This document shows positions 1-11,412 of a stretch of DNA of 44,320 bases, piece by piece (the stretch's first letter is position 1; the number at the start of each line of letters is the position of its first letter). A program made the position numbers and the translations under genes. The stretch is taken from positions 248,001-292,320 of the forward strand of contig QPGO01000104.1 of the NCBI GenBank assembly GCA_008632985.1. Reading direction: 5' to 3'. The DNA is from Psammoneis japonica (taxonomy: Eukaryota). A model generated the notes under the pieces. That model did no database searches. It worked only from the letters and a program-made list of their open reading frames with translations, and was not told where the DNA came from.

Positions 1-1455
1 CAGCTGCGCTCATCAATCTCAACCACAGCATCACTGACACCAATTCGTGGGGGAGGTGGAACCACAACATTTGAGAAGCGGCGTCTTTCTGATGCTCGTG
101 CGATTCAATGCTATTTGCTTTGTGGATCTCGTTTGTTTCAGCAAGCCATGCGCAATACATTAACGAATGTGCTCATTTACATGGCTCGCGATATGGAGAT
201 TTCAGTGTCGCAAAAGGGATCGTTGCTAGCGGCGATTGCCTCGGGCTATTTCTTTACACAAGTTCCAGGAGGTGCCCTGGCTGACAAGTTTGGTCCCAAA
301 AATGTGCTTGTCGGCGCCCTCTTGGCTTCTGCTCTGTGTTGTATGGCCGTACCAATCGCCGGAGACAAGTTTGGTTTGAAGGGGATTTGGCTCACAATGT
401 GTCTCATGGGCGCAGTACAAGGACCCATGTTTCCAACGTCGTCCGTCTATCTTTCAAGGTGGATGCCTACGGCTTCAGGACCAGGAGAGCCAGACGAAAA
501 AGCATGGGGAACCAGCATGTTGGATATTGGTATCTCCATAGGTTCGTTGCTGATTATTCCTATCGTGACTAGTTTGGCCGAAGCACTTGGCTGGAGAAAT
601 ACGTTCTTTTGTGTTGGCGGTGCCAGTCTTGCTTTTGTTGCCTTGTACATGTGGCTAGGAGCGGACTCACCGTCAGATTGCTGGTACATTAGTGATCGCG
701 AGCTAGAGTATCTAGAGAAACGTGTGATGAAACCTGTTTCAGCGCCATCCAAGGCCAGTGCAAAGGAAAAAGGCAGCGCAGAGGAGACTACATGGATTGG
801 AATGCCATGGAAGATGGCGAGACATCCCGGTCTCTGGGCTATATTTGTATGCCATATTGCCTTTAACTTTGGCGCTTACTATCTGACAAACTGGAGCCCG
901 ACCTACTACAAGGACATTTTAGGTCTGGAGCCTCATGAGGCAAAACTGCACCTGATGCTCCCGCACGTTACTAATCTTTTCATTCGAATGCTCAATCCAA
1001 GTTTGATTATGGCAGTGGCTCAAGCGGGTTTCAATCTACTACAGTCGCGTCGTCTCTTCACCGTCTTTGGGTATCTCGCAGCAGCGGCTTGTCTCGGACC
1101 CGTCTATGGTCTTCGAAAATTGAGTCCATGGGTGTCGACCGTGTTGTTTTCTCTTGCCAACGCATGCTTTGGTCTGGCTCCTACCGGATTTAAATCCAAT
1201 TACCTGGATATAACTCAAAAGTACGTTGGAATTGTGGCTGGCTATGGAAACACCCTGGGAACGGTTGCTTCCATTGTTGGACCAAAGATTACGGCGGCCA
1301 CATTGGTCCGGACAGAGGGAAACTGGTACGCTGTCTTGTGGACCGTGTGTGCTGTCAACATTGTGGCGGCTTTGAATTACGCCCGCAACTCTGTCGTGGA
1401 ACCGATTGAAGATCTTATCCAGCAAGAAGAAACAAACCAGGGTAAAAAGAAGTAA
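1..1455 (+). CDS. MFS transporter, SLC17/anion:cation symporter (sialin/PHT4-like); 5' end lies outside the window
   Basis: Frame is open from base 1 to TAA at 1453-1455. About 12 hydrophobic segments; motif A-like GYFFTQVPGGALADKFGPK; QGPMFP..WMP; WISDRELEY-type loop (WYISDRELEY); WSPTYYKD; YLDITQKYVGIVAGYGNTLGT typical of SLC17/ACS. Confidence 0.9.
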   Translation, partial: QLRSSISTTASLTPIRGGGGTTTFEKRRLSDARAIQCYLLCGSRLFQQAMRNTLTNVLIYMARDMEISVSQKGSLLAAIASGYFFTQVPGGALADKFGPKNVLVGALLASALCCMAVPIAGDKFGLKGIWLTMCLMGAVQGPMFPTSSVYLSRWMPTASGPGEPDEKAWGTSMLDIGISIGSLLIIPIVTSLAEALGWRNTFFCVGGASLAFVALYMWLGADSPSDCWYISDRELEYLEKRVMKPVSAPSKASAKEKGSAEETTWIGMPWKMARHPGLWAIFVCHIAFNFGAYYLTNWSPTYYKDILGLEPHEAKLHLMLPHVTNLFIRMLNPSLIMAVAQAGFNLLQSRRLFTVFGYLAAAACLGPVYGLRKLSPWVSTVLFSLANACFGLAPTGFKSNYLDITQKYVGIVAGYGNTLGTVASIVGPKITAATLVRTEGNWYAVLWTVCAVNIVAALNYARNSVVEPIEDLIQQEETNQGKKK

Positions 1456-1680
1456 TTTCTAGAGAGTAGTCGTAAGCCTTACTCTGAAAGTTTTGGATCG
1501 TTCGTTCGACTTTTCGCGTGCTCGCTCGTGCGCAAAAACATGCCGAGTGAGCGAACACCGAAATTCCAAAATGAAATTTCGAAAATTCCGTTTTTACGAT
1601 AGATTCAGTATCTAATCTACTTACGAAAGATGTTCTGTACGATTTGCCTCATTTTAATTTTTTGCCAAGTGCGGGTCACG

Positions 1681-2633
1681 ATGGGGAAACAAAAGCGAGG
1701 AGGACAAAAGAAAAGGGCGGACGTCCCGCTGGAGCGTCGGACTATTCTCGATGGACATTGCTCCATGTTGGTTCCACTCCCAATCACCAACAGTGGACTG
1801 ACGGGGGTTGGATGGATCGTGTCGGCATTACAGCCGCCGGTCTCGGGTATATCTTCGATCCTCTTAACGCAGAAGGGCCGATTGATTGTTTTTACAGCAA
1901 TGACGCCTACGCTAAAGCCGGATTCTGCACCATGTCACTCGAGCTGCGTCCGCCTCTGGAAGCTATTCGTGCAGAAAGCGCCCCGGAAAACCTTACCGAG
2001 TATCTCGAAGATTACCTGACATCAACAGAGAACCCTGCTTATTGTCGCGGTGAATACATCACCCTCGATGACGTACCGCAAGTCATTCAAGATCCATCCA
2101 GTATCGGGAGTGACGCCGATTTGATTGTACAAAAGAGCTTTGAAGTTTCCATTACTCCGGGTCCAAACATACCACGAGGTCTGACCGCCACAACGATTGC
2201 GGCGTTGATTCATTTTCAAGACAAGGGCGAGGTCTTGTTCAAGGCCAACAATTTTAAGCGTCATTCTCCTCCACTCGACTACCAACAGATTCTGAAATCC
2301 ATTTCATACACGGCTAATGATGCCTACCGTGCGTGCGAACCAACCTTCAGTTCATTTCCAGCAATGGAATTAGAGATTAGGAACAGATTTGCTGATGAAA
2401 TGCGTAGGAGAGCTGCTGCTTTTTATGAGGATGCTGCTTCAGAGGAAGAAACGCAACAAGCGGGATCTGCACGAAATCAACGAGATGCTTCTTGCCTTAA
2501 ATGTGGAGCCGACAAGACAGTCAGCGGTGGCGAGTTGCGTAGATGTGGCAACTGTAGCGCTCCGTATTGCAGTCGTGAATGTCAGGCTGCCGACTGGAAG
2601 CGACACAAAAAAGCCGAGTGTCGAAAGAAGTAG
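1681..2633 (+). CDS. C-terminal MYND zinc-finger protein; 5' structure uncertain (frame change near 1770)
   Basis: C-terminus CLKCG...LRRCGNCSAPYCSRECQAADWKRHKKAEC is a canonical zf-MYND. The most plausible ATG (1681, MGKQKRGG) is in a different frame from the long ORF 1644-2633. Confidence 0.8.
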
Positions 2634-5031
2634 ACAAAAGAGAAACTATTGGCTATCGTACGCAGCAGGGGGTCATTTTGGACGTCACTTGATGACAAGT
2701 TCAAATTAGAAAATCAGAATAGTTTATTTTATGTACTGTAGGACATATGCGCCAATGAGTGGAACAAGACCTACTAGCTTGTCCTCCCATGGGCGGATGG
2801 ATAGAATAATGAACAGAGGGACCATGATGAAGATACAAAGTGTGCGGTTGCTCGTGAAGCCTACCGACGTTACACGCCACGCCACGACGCTCGCAGAGCG
2901 GCCACCGCCGCGTAGAAATGGCATTTTGTACTGTGACGTCATCTTGCACGTAGATTCTACGGCAGTACTGAAAAGCCGCTCCTTCCTTCTTTTTTTTTGG
3001 GCCGAAATTCAGATCTGCCTCCAACAATTCTCAGTACAAAAAATACGTAAAAATTACTGAACGAAAATGGTGAGTCGCCGTTCATCGGTAAGAACGTTAC
3101 TGCTTGTGTTATTGGGTCAAAACTCGCAATGTTTCGATTGTGTCTCATCATCAACTTATATGACTATCGTTCTATCTAAAAACATTGCGACTTTTGCCAC
3201 TTGCAGAGCGAAAAAAAGACTTTTGCTGCCGCCCACTTGTTTCACACGGTGTCGCTGCTTCCGACAACTTCAGGCGACGTTCTCAAGGTTCAACATTGAA
3301 GGTGTGGCATAGGAGAACATTCATTAGTCGAAATTTATGATAGAGATGAAGGAGAAAATATCCTGACTGTTGTGGGAGGTGATGCTGAGCTGAAAACAAG
3401 AGCTCATCCACAAGTGCATCCGTCGCCTTTTCCTATCGCAACCGCCTGATCGACTCAGAATGCCAAGAAATTCACGAGGAGGGGTTGTTTAAGGAATTAG
3501 AAAGCCCCATCATGCAACAAAGGAACCAACTTTGGGCAAGGAAAGGAAACAACAGATCAATCCAAGGACATGAGGACCCGCAAGCTGGTTGACCCACAAT
3601 TCTGCGAATCTGCCACCGGAGACAATTCGCAAGGTAGGAGACGACTCCTAGTTGTAACTGGCAATTAAAAGTTCTAGCACATGCCACTTTATCATATCAC
3701 GCAGCAACAATCTATTCTCATCATTGCAGTGATGATTTCTAGCGCTTGGAGCCTTTAGGAGAGAACTGCTTGCGCTCACCAAGATCCGGATCAAACCCAC
3801 TTTGGGGCTTCAATGGCACTTATTGTGTTTGTTGACTCTTGCCATTGCTCACATTAAATGTCCTTCTATACATCAGATGCTTCCTAGACTGTTGTAAAGC
3901 TTTCAATCTGTGTTATTAACAATCTATGCATCCTTCCGTGTAAGCAAATGATGAAAATGGGTGTCCCACAGAAGGGTTCCGGCCAGCTGTCGTCATTTGC
4001 CTGTCACTGGCAGCATTTTCTACAGTCTGATCCCGATCGTAAGAATCATTGTTCACAAAAAAAGCCTCTTTCAAGTCAACATGATCAATTTAAGCCGTGC
4101 ACCGAGTCGATTTGGTTGGAGCTGGTGTGTTCAAAGGATCCGAGGTCCAACTGCTTGCGGCTCCTCAGGAACTCGCACAAAATTTTGACACCTGATAACT
4201 ATCCAGACTCGTCTCATACATCCATAGAGGGTGGCGTTTGAGCCATTGATTGAAACTTTTGGAACGATTAACGTAGACATTGAGTCGATTGATTGTCGCA
4301 AATGATTTTGACAAGCAAGGATTGCCGCGCTTGCTTTTGTTTTTGACACGGAGAACACTGCCAAAGAAAGAGCTTGTGCCTTTCTATGTCATCTTTATCG
4401 AATATATCGTCCAAGTCATGGGTAACTGCACAATGCATTCCACTTCACACCTTCAAAACATTTGCTGTCGTGTCGGATGCAGAAGAAACAAAGAAATTGA
4501 GTGAAAAGTTCAGATGACGATTAAAGGCATCACATGAAGATGCCTTGCTTTAGCACCCTTACCTTATGATCATAATGAGGTTTTAACATACTATCCAGGT
4601 GTTTCTTACACTTGGTGTTAAATATTGCCGCCGCCGCAACCGATCCCATGGTCGATTTGAGTTGTGTCGCGTGTCTGCGTTTTGGATGAAGAAACATTGA
4701 TTTTATGGGTTATGAGCGTTTTGTCGAAAATCACAGCGATGGCCGCGCGGACGTGGCCCAAAAGCGTCGTGACGCATGATCGATGCGCATGCACGCACTG
4801 CGTGAGCTCGGCCTCAGTATCGTCCTGATACAGTAATGTCGACCATGGCGCTGCATCAACTTCAGCGAAGCACAAAACGCACTCAAGACAACGATAGCGA
4901 AGCTCGCATGATATATCTAGCGGCGACCTAGAGCCGAAACATCTGTTTGTCCGACGATCAGCTTGCTTCTCCGACTCTATAGGAAGTAGAGGAGGATAGC
5001 TCGATCCAACATTCCCGAAAGCCAAAACACA

Positions 5032-5934
5032 ATGTGCAACCAGATGCGAGGTTTGTGGCTGATTTTGATATTGTTCAGGGCTGTCGTTACCACTCTACAG
5101 TTTCCACTGCCTCCCTGGAGGGGTTTCAAACAACTTACGCACATTGGACGCTCTGGTGTTGGATTGGACTTGATTCTAAGTCGATTTCGCGAGCCTCTGG
5201 TGCTTCACGTTGATTTAGCACAAAGCTCCTGTGGAGAAATCGTTCCAACAGTCAAATCAATGCGCACTCTACCATCTCCGAGTCATTCTGAAGCGGTTCG
5301 AGTAGTTCTCTTGTCAGATACACACGGGAAGCATCGATGCGTGCGATTGCCCCGCGCAGACGTGTTGATTCATTGTGGCGACGTATTGCAAAGATACGGG
5401 TACCTTGGAGATGAGGGAGCAGCATTGCGGGGACTGGAGCAATTCGATCAGTGGCTTGGTCGTCAACCAGCGAAGCATGTACTTATGATTGCTGGTAATC
5501 ATGATAAAGCCGTCCAAGGTCGATCCTGGTTTCCCGCAAACGCAACTCTGTTGAGTGGAGAAAAAATCCACGAGGTGGAAGGACTTGCTGTGTTTGGTTC
5601 TCCTTATTCGCCACCAGGAGTAACGACAAACAATGCTTTTCAGAAACCTCGATTGGGATATCGGCATGCTTCTCGTCTAGATAAGAATGTGGATATTCTT
5701 GTCACACACGCCAAGTGCCACGAATTCGAAACCGTTGCGAAAGAGCATGCCAAGGTATGGGCGCATGGCCATTTTCACAATCAGTATGGAATCGCTTATT
5801 TGACATGTCCTGGTAAAGAATCCGTTGTGTGTGCAAATGCGGCAACGTGTAACATGATTTACAGTCCAGTGAATCCGCCCATTGTGCTTGACATTGTGCC
5901 CTTATCAAAGCAGCCAAGCCCCAAAGGAGCGTAA
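5032..5934 (+). CDS. Calcineurin-like metallophosphoesterase (MPPED/239FB-like) with hydrophobic N-terminus
   Basis: All five metallophosphoesterase motifs in order: LSDTH, HCGD, IAGNHD, LVTH, GHFH; ends with NPPIVLDI typical of MPPED-like proteins. Confidence 0.9.
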   Translation: MCNQMRGLWLILILFRAVVTTLQFPLPPWRGFKQLTHIGRSGVGLDLILSRFREPLVLHVDLAQSSCGEIVPTVKSMRTLPSPSHSEAVRVVLLSDTHGKHRCVRLPRADVLIHCGDVLQRYGYLGDEGAALRGLEQFDQWLGRQPAKHVLMIAGNHDKAVQGRSWFPANATLLSGEKIHEVEGLAVFGSPYSPPGVTTNNAFQKPRLGYRHASRLDKNVDILVTHAKCHEFETVAKEHAKVWAHGHFHNQYGIAYLTCPGKESVVCANAATCNMIYSPVNPPIVLDIVPLSKQPSPKGA

Positions 5935-6618
5935 CGTCCCTTCACCTTGACGAGATCCTCATCATTCCCCGAAGAGGCCTGTCGATGACACCAAATGTTC
6001 ATTCGCATCTCATTTGAGTAGGAAAACGGCCGAGTATGGTTCGGAATTGCCGCCGTAACAATCACGTTTGTGATTCCAACAACCTGGTGTACCTCGGTTA
6101 GGATCAAGGTCGCAGTCTTCATCGTTGAAACGCAACATCTGTTGGCAGAGGCAAGAGGTGCATTATGCTACGAAAGCGGTTTAAGCGCGCATCAACCACC
6201 AGCTTGAAAACCGAAAAGTAGCAAACTCATGAATCCGGGAACTCGTTGCACCGTATTAGTATTCCATGATAGAGAACTGTATCACCGATGTGGTAACATT
6301 CCCAGTCGTCTGGAACATTTGCTTGCTTCGAGTCATCGTGAGCTCGTACGATTTGGAATCCGGCTTACTTCTTCACCCTATCTCTACGTTTTGATGACGC
6401 TGATTATCGATGTTGCAGCCATTTCTATGTATGGTGACAACGCAGTGTGCACGATAGGTGCTGTCGCTACTGCTATGAGAGGTGATTTAAGCTGAAACAA
6501 AGATTTCTATGGTGTGACCATCCCGGTATTGTAGCTAGTTTAGGGCATGAACGTTTCTCGGCGAGTACAGGACAGAAGCGGCATCTTCATCCCGTCAATA
6601 AAGCTCCCGACTGTCCTT

Positions 6619-7971
6619 CTATGGAACCGTAGCTGTTCCGATGATCCGATCGTAAACAAGGCTTATCAGATAGCAGACAAGGAAGAATACGACACTGAGC
6701 CCGAACGACTTCATCATCAATACAACTGGTGAATCTTCCTGCCGCATATCGTCTGCAGCTTCGACCTCTGAGACCGCCTCCTCGGAGGATGAATCAACGT
6801 CATCCTGCATTTCTAGTGTCGAAAGCAATGCCGCTTCGTTTTCCGCATCAAGAGCTTTCTCCGTTTCTTCGACTGGGCGAGCCATCTTGGAAGAGGTTCG
6901 CTTCTTGTGCTTTCTCTTTTTGCTTTTCTTGACTCGAGGTTGCACGCCACTGGATATCGTCACGGGATATTCTATCTCTTGCTCTGATTCAGAAGCAACA
7001 CCTTCATCCACAGGTTCTTCTCTTTCACTGCGTTTCCTTATTCGTACCTTTGACTTTTCGCCTGCAATTCTGCTCGCTTCTTGAAGATTATCAAGGTGCG
7101 ACGATGACTCAGAGTCTGATTCACTGCTTTTGCCTTCATTGTCGTAATGCAAAACGTAACGTTGCTTATCTTTATCCGTGTCGCCCAGCCCAGCATCTTC
7201 GGATTGAATCAATCCTTCCTTTTGTTCCCCGAATACGTCAGAAGCGTCGCCAACCCGTTGATCCTCCAACGCATCGAATTTCGCCTCACCTTCATCCGAA
7301 TCTTCAATGTCATTACCACTTTCACTGTTTCCACTCGATTGCTCACTTGCAGAAGAGTGTGGTATTTCTTGCGGTTGTATCTCATCGACACTGGCTGAAC
7401 CATCCCCCGTTAGCGATCGCGCTTGGTGGGCGCTTAAAGAGGTGTCCTCCAGTTCCGTCTCGTCTGACCTGTCTCCTTCTGTACTTGCATTGCGATCGTC
7501 ACTACTTGCTTCTGATATCATCTTAGCTTCCTCTTCCGCCTTTCTTACATCTTTCTTGACGGCCTTTTCCTCCATGACAGCTTGCTTCTTTTTCTTTTGG
7601 GCGACACCACGTTTCTTGCGTAAACGAGCATTTCGTACCTTTTGAATGAGTATGTTACGCCTTAGCTGTTCTAATTCTCCAAAAGTATCCTCTTGAATGT
7701 CTCTTCTAACTTTGTTAACTTGTTCTGAAAAATCTTCCATGAACCATTCCTCATCGACTCCATGGCGATCTGTTTCTCCACCACGAGGGACAAGTACCTT
7801 TTCTAAGAAAGTTGGTGTAACTAGTCGTTGTCTTGTAGCGAGCGCCGAGTAGCACTTATTGGAAGCATCATTCCCACTTCCATAAGTACTCTGAACAGTT
7901 GCAAAACAACCTGCCATGGCCAGGCCACGACAACCTTTTGGAAAGCATAACGATGTATCGCTCATGCTCAT
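6619..7971 (-). CDS. Acidic, low-complexity coiled-coil protein with C-terminal transmembrane anchor, function unknown
   Basis: Uninterrupted ORF of about 450 codons (first ATG at 7971, MSMSD). Contains VPRGG, a coiled-coil and basic stretch, long D/E/S-rich tracts and a terminal hydrophobic helix FGLSVVFFLVCYLISLVY. Confidence 0.7.
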   Translation of the reverse strand: MSMSDTSLCFPKGCRGLAMAGCFATVQSTYGSGNDASNKCYSALATRQRLVTPTFLEKVLVPRGGETDRHGVDEEWFMEDFSEQVNKVRRDIQEDTFGELEQLRRNILIQKVRNARLRKKRGVAQKKKKQAVMEEKAVKKDVRKAEEEAKMISEASSDDRNASTEGDRSDETELEDTSLSAHQARSLTGDGSASVDEIQPQEIPHSSASEQSSGNSESGNDIEDSDEGEAKFDALEDQRVGDASDVFGEQKEGLIQSEDAGLGDTDKDKQRYVLHYDNEGKSSESDSESSSHLDNLQEASRIAGEKSKVRIRKRSEREEPVDEGVASESEQEIEYPVTISSGVQPRVKKSKKRKHKKRTSSKMARPVEETEKALDAENEAALLSTLEMQDDVDSSSEEAVSEVEAADDMRQEDSPVVLMMKSFGLSVVFFLVCYLISLVYDRIIGTATVP

Positions 7972-9091
7972 GGTTAGCGCAACGGCGTGTTGTTGCGGTG
8001 TGTGTTTTGTGTTGCGTTTGTCACCGTTATCATTTTTGTACGTATGAATGCATTGATGGCAGATACGGCAGCATGTACCGGTACAGTAAAACAATAAACG
8101 TCACACCGTCTGTCTGTCCTTCCTTCCCAGTTTGTGCACCTGCCTTGGGGCGGCATTTGATTTGACTCTCGGGCCACATTCAGTCACTCCAACGTGACAA
8201 GGAAACCCCAGCAACCTGCACTGCACCCCTGTGGGGAAAGGGAAATGGACCAATCTTCAGAAATGTCATGGAGGAACTTCCCCACAAGTCTGTCTCGTTT
8301 CATGCCACCACACATGACCCCTTGGTTGTGAGATCTGCCAGACTGCATTCTTCCGAACGAGTGTGTCCAGCGAGCAAGTGTCAAGACAAATGCTGCCATT
8401 GCAGTCTTTGGGGCAATCATCAGTGGAGTCAATGGCATCAACAGACTTGTCTTGGGCAACATGGGGCTGTGAAGGTGATGCAATTGGGGGGGCCTGTTCC
8501 AGCTCCAGGTGATCCGCATGGGTTCGATTCCCACCATTTGGCAATTTGTGCATTTGGTGCATTGAGCTTTTTCAAAATCCATTTTTTGCCAAAAAGAAGG
8601 GCAAGTGTGCACTTTACATGTGTTTTCAGGTGTGCACTTGCCTTTCGATTTTTGAAACGATCAAAATTGAAGGAGTTCAATGTGCCAAAATCGGCCTCTT
8701 GCGTGATGAAAAGCGGATCACCCAGAGCTGGAACAGGCCTTGGACACACAGTTGCAAGGAAAAATTTCCATGGAGGCTGTGCAAGGCCACGCAAATTCCC
8801 CAGTGTTGACTCCAGAAAAAAAAAAAAAAGTGAGCAAAAATTGATGTGGTGAAATTGCCGCAAAATGATCACAAGAAAGAGACAAAGTGTTTTTGACGTG
8901 ACTTGGTTCGCTCAACACACAGCATGTGCTCATGATCTCACCGCTGTTCACACTGCCACCAAAATGTGTCATGCCCTCAAACAACATGAACATTGGAAAT
9001 GTTGCTGAGTGCAAATGAAGAAAGAGTCAAAGTCTGGACACAAAAAAACAGCACCACAATGTTGGTGGGCAACAACCAGATGAAGGACAAG

Positions 9092-9369
9092 TGACAGAAA
9101 TTGAAGGCAAATGGCAAGAATTCAAACAATGACTCCTTGCTGCTGTCTGAACAGCAGATGAGTCTCCGCTCAGAGACCGTTGCAGGAGCCGAAAGACGTG
9201 CAAGTCAGTGTGATCGGGCCACTGTTGTCATTCTTGTGAGCCGCATGGCTCGAAAGCAAACTGCGTCGCGCACGCACGCGCGGAACTAAAGAGCACACAA
9301 AACTGTGTGCGGTGAACCAAACAGCGTGCGACATTTCGCGCGCACCCAAATCCTGTTCAAATCCTGTCA
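9092..9369 (-). repeat. 3' LTR of Copia element
   Basis: Aligns end to end with 12349-12626; TG...CA termini with 6-bp inverted ends. Confidence 0.92.
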
Positions 9370-9479
9370 CTCCCCAGTTTGCTTGAGGAGTCACAGAAAC
9401 AGATTCGACTTCGGATTGACCAAAGAACTTTGGAGTCAAAGCACCAAAACATGAAGAGACAAGAAAGGATCAAGATCTG

Positions 9480-9700
9480 AGAGCAACGTTGCATTCTCCA
9501 AGTGGGTCATCTTGAGATGAGCTGCGCCTCCCCAATTGCAGATGCCGTTGTGCTTTTCAAAGCTCAAGGCACACTTGGGATCTTGTGGGATTCCACATCC
9601 GCACTTGCAATGGAAGGAGCAAAGCTTGGTCTGGTTGACAATGTTGAACGGCAGGGCAACATCGCAGGACAATGCAAACAAGTTGACATCACCTTCACTT
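9480..9700 (-). pseudogene. Copia pol remnant (integrase-RT linker)
   Basis: IVNQTKLCSFH..CKCGCGIPQDPKCALSFEKHNGICNW resembles the diatom Copia linker as I recall it (VNQAKLRSF..YKYGYEIP..Y.HA..D..NGN..W), with Tyr read as Cys. Confidence 0.65.
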
Positions 9701-9929
9701 CCTGAGCGAAGGTCGTAAAGACTGATGGCCGTCTGTTGGTTCTTGGAATGGTTGCCACACTGGGCTGCTGCTAGAAAAACAGAGCAGTGCTCGTGCAGGG
9801 TGGCATGGCGTTTGCACGACTCGGGGAACAGAGCAAGCATGAGTTCAAAGGCACAAGCGGTGGTCTTGTGTTCCACCAATCCGATTGCAAGCTCAGCTGC
9901 ATCTCCTGAGAGACTGATCCAATTGGAGA

Positions 9930-10665
9930 AACGAGTCTCAAGGTGCAAGCCTTTGGGGATCGGATTGGAGCAAGACATCTTGTGGTGCAAGGCTGCAGAT
10001 GTCTGATTGGGGCAACCAGTCCCGTGCTGCAAGACTTCTGGGATCCACCAAAAGGACTTGCCATTCTTGTGACACGAGTCTTCGGGGATCCAATCAGGAG
10101 GCCAAGTCTTGAGGTGCAAGACTTGGGGGATCCAATCAGGAGGCCGAGTCTTGTGGTGCAAGACTTGAGGGATCCAATCTGGAGGCTGAGTCTTGAGGTA
10201 CGAGACGTGGAGGATCCAATTGGGAGGCCCGGTCTCGAGGCACGAGACATGGAGAGTCCAGTTGGGAGGCCTGGTCTCAAGGCACGAGACTTGGGGCATC
10301 CGATCAGGAGGCCCAGTCTCGATGTGTGAGACTTGAGGCATCCGATCAGGAGGCCCAGTCTCGAGGTGCGAGACTTGGGGGATCCAACCAGGAGGCCCAG
10401 TCTCGAGGCACGAGACTTGAGGCATCCAATCAGGAGGCCCAGTCTCGTGGTGCGATGCTTGGAGGATCTGAAGACAACGAAGCTGCTTGGATGTCCTGAA
10501 CTCCAGTCAGGAGGCCTGGTCTCAAGGTGCGAGACTTGGGGCATCCAGTCAGGAGGCCTGGTCTCAAGGTGCGAGACTTGGGGCATCCAATCAGGAGGCC
10601 TCGTCTCATGGTGCGATGCTTGGAGGATCCGAAGACAACGAAGCTGCTTGGATTTCCTGAACTCC
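9930..10665. repeat. 42-bp tandem repeat (about 15 units) inside the Copia element, with a duplicated ~55-bp interruption
   Basis: GATCCAATCAGGAGGCC recurs every 42 bp (e.g. 10087, 10129); minus-strand reading repeats 14 aa (CLETGPPDWIPQVS). GGTGCGATGCTTGGAGGATC...GAACTCC occurs at about 10449 and 10610. Confidence 0.9.
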
Positions 10666-10761
10666 CCATCTGATGAACCGGTTGAACTGTTGTGAACAGA
10701 TTCAATGACGGGAAAAGGAGGCTCCCCATCAGGAGATGCGAGAAGCAAGTTGTCATCTCCA

Positions 10762-11412
10762 TCACTTCCCAAATGAAGACTGTGAAGGGTGACAGCAGTC
10801 GACACGTGGAGGTTGGCAGCACGTGGTTTGCGGGGTGCAAAGACTGCAGCTTTGGAAGCCATGGGTGGAGTGTCCCAACTGGTCCTGCACTGGGCCGAGG
10901 TTGCTTGCAGGCGGGTTGGTCAAGACATGTGGGGCGCGACTGACACCACTTCTGGGGGACACCTGAGTGGTGGCACAGTGCAAGGCTGGTGTCAAAATGG
11001 CACTGGGTTCACCTGGTTTGGATGGCAAGGGACTCAGCACAGGTGCGGAGGGTGCTGTGCCAGTGGCTAGAGAGGTCAAGCAGTCCGGACCAAGGCGGCA
11101 GTTGCGAAATTCGTCGGGTGTGAGCAACTGGGGTTCATTGGTCACATCATCACCGTTGCAAACTTTGACAAAGCAGAAGCTGATCAAAGCTGCCAGGAGG
11201 TTTCTGTGGGTCCGTGGCAAAGGCACTGCATTGGCGCCGTCTCTGTGAGTGAGGGCGTCAATTTGGGTGGGTGAGAACATGAACAACTCCTCACACGATT
11301 CAATCCCATTGATGGACAGGGCAGAACGAAGAGGGCTGTCATCGTCTTGATTGAGCACAGTGCCTGGAATGCATTTGAAGCTTTCGGTTTGTTGCTGTCG
11401 TGTGAGAACCAT
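10762..11412 (-). pseudogene. Copia gag N-terminal remnant
   Basis: MVLTRQQQ..F..VLNQDDDSPLRSAL..GI..LTPDEF..RLGP resembles diatom Copia gag starts; lies just downstream of the 5' LTR and leader on the minus strand. Confidence 0.7.

Noticed and set aside
226..1425. Antisense and alternate-frame ORFs within the MFS gene (likewise within the genes at 5032-5934 and 6619-7971)
   Set aside because: Shadow ORFs of real coding sequence.
2701..3060. Short ORFs on both strands after the MYND gene
   Set aside because: No recognisable motif; a small hydrophobic exon cannot be excluded but is unsupported.
4618..5025. 135-aa minus-strand ORF
   Set aside because: Non-ATG start, no motifs, and overlaps the probable promoter of the phosphoesterase.
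9930..10665. CRISPR array
   Set aside because: Head-to-tail units with no unique spacers, no cas genes and a eukaryotic context.
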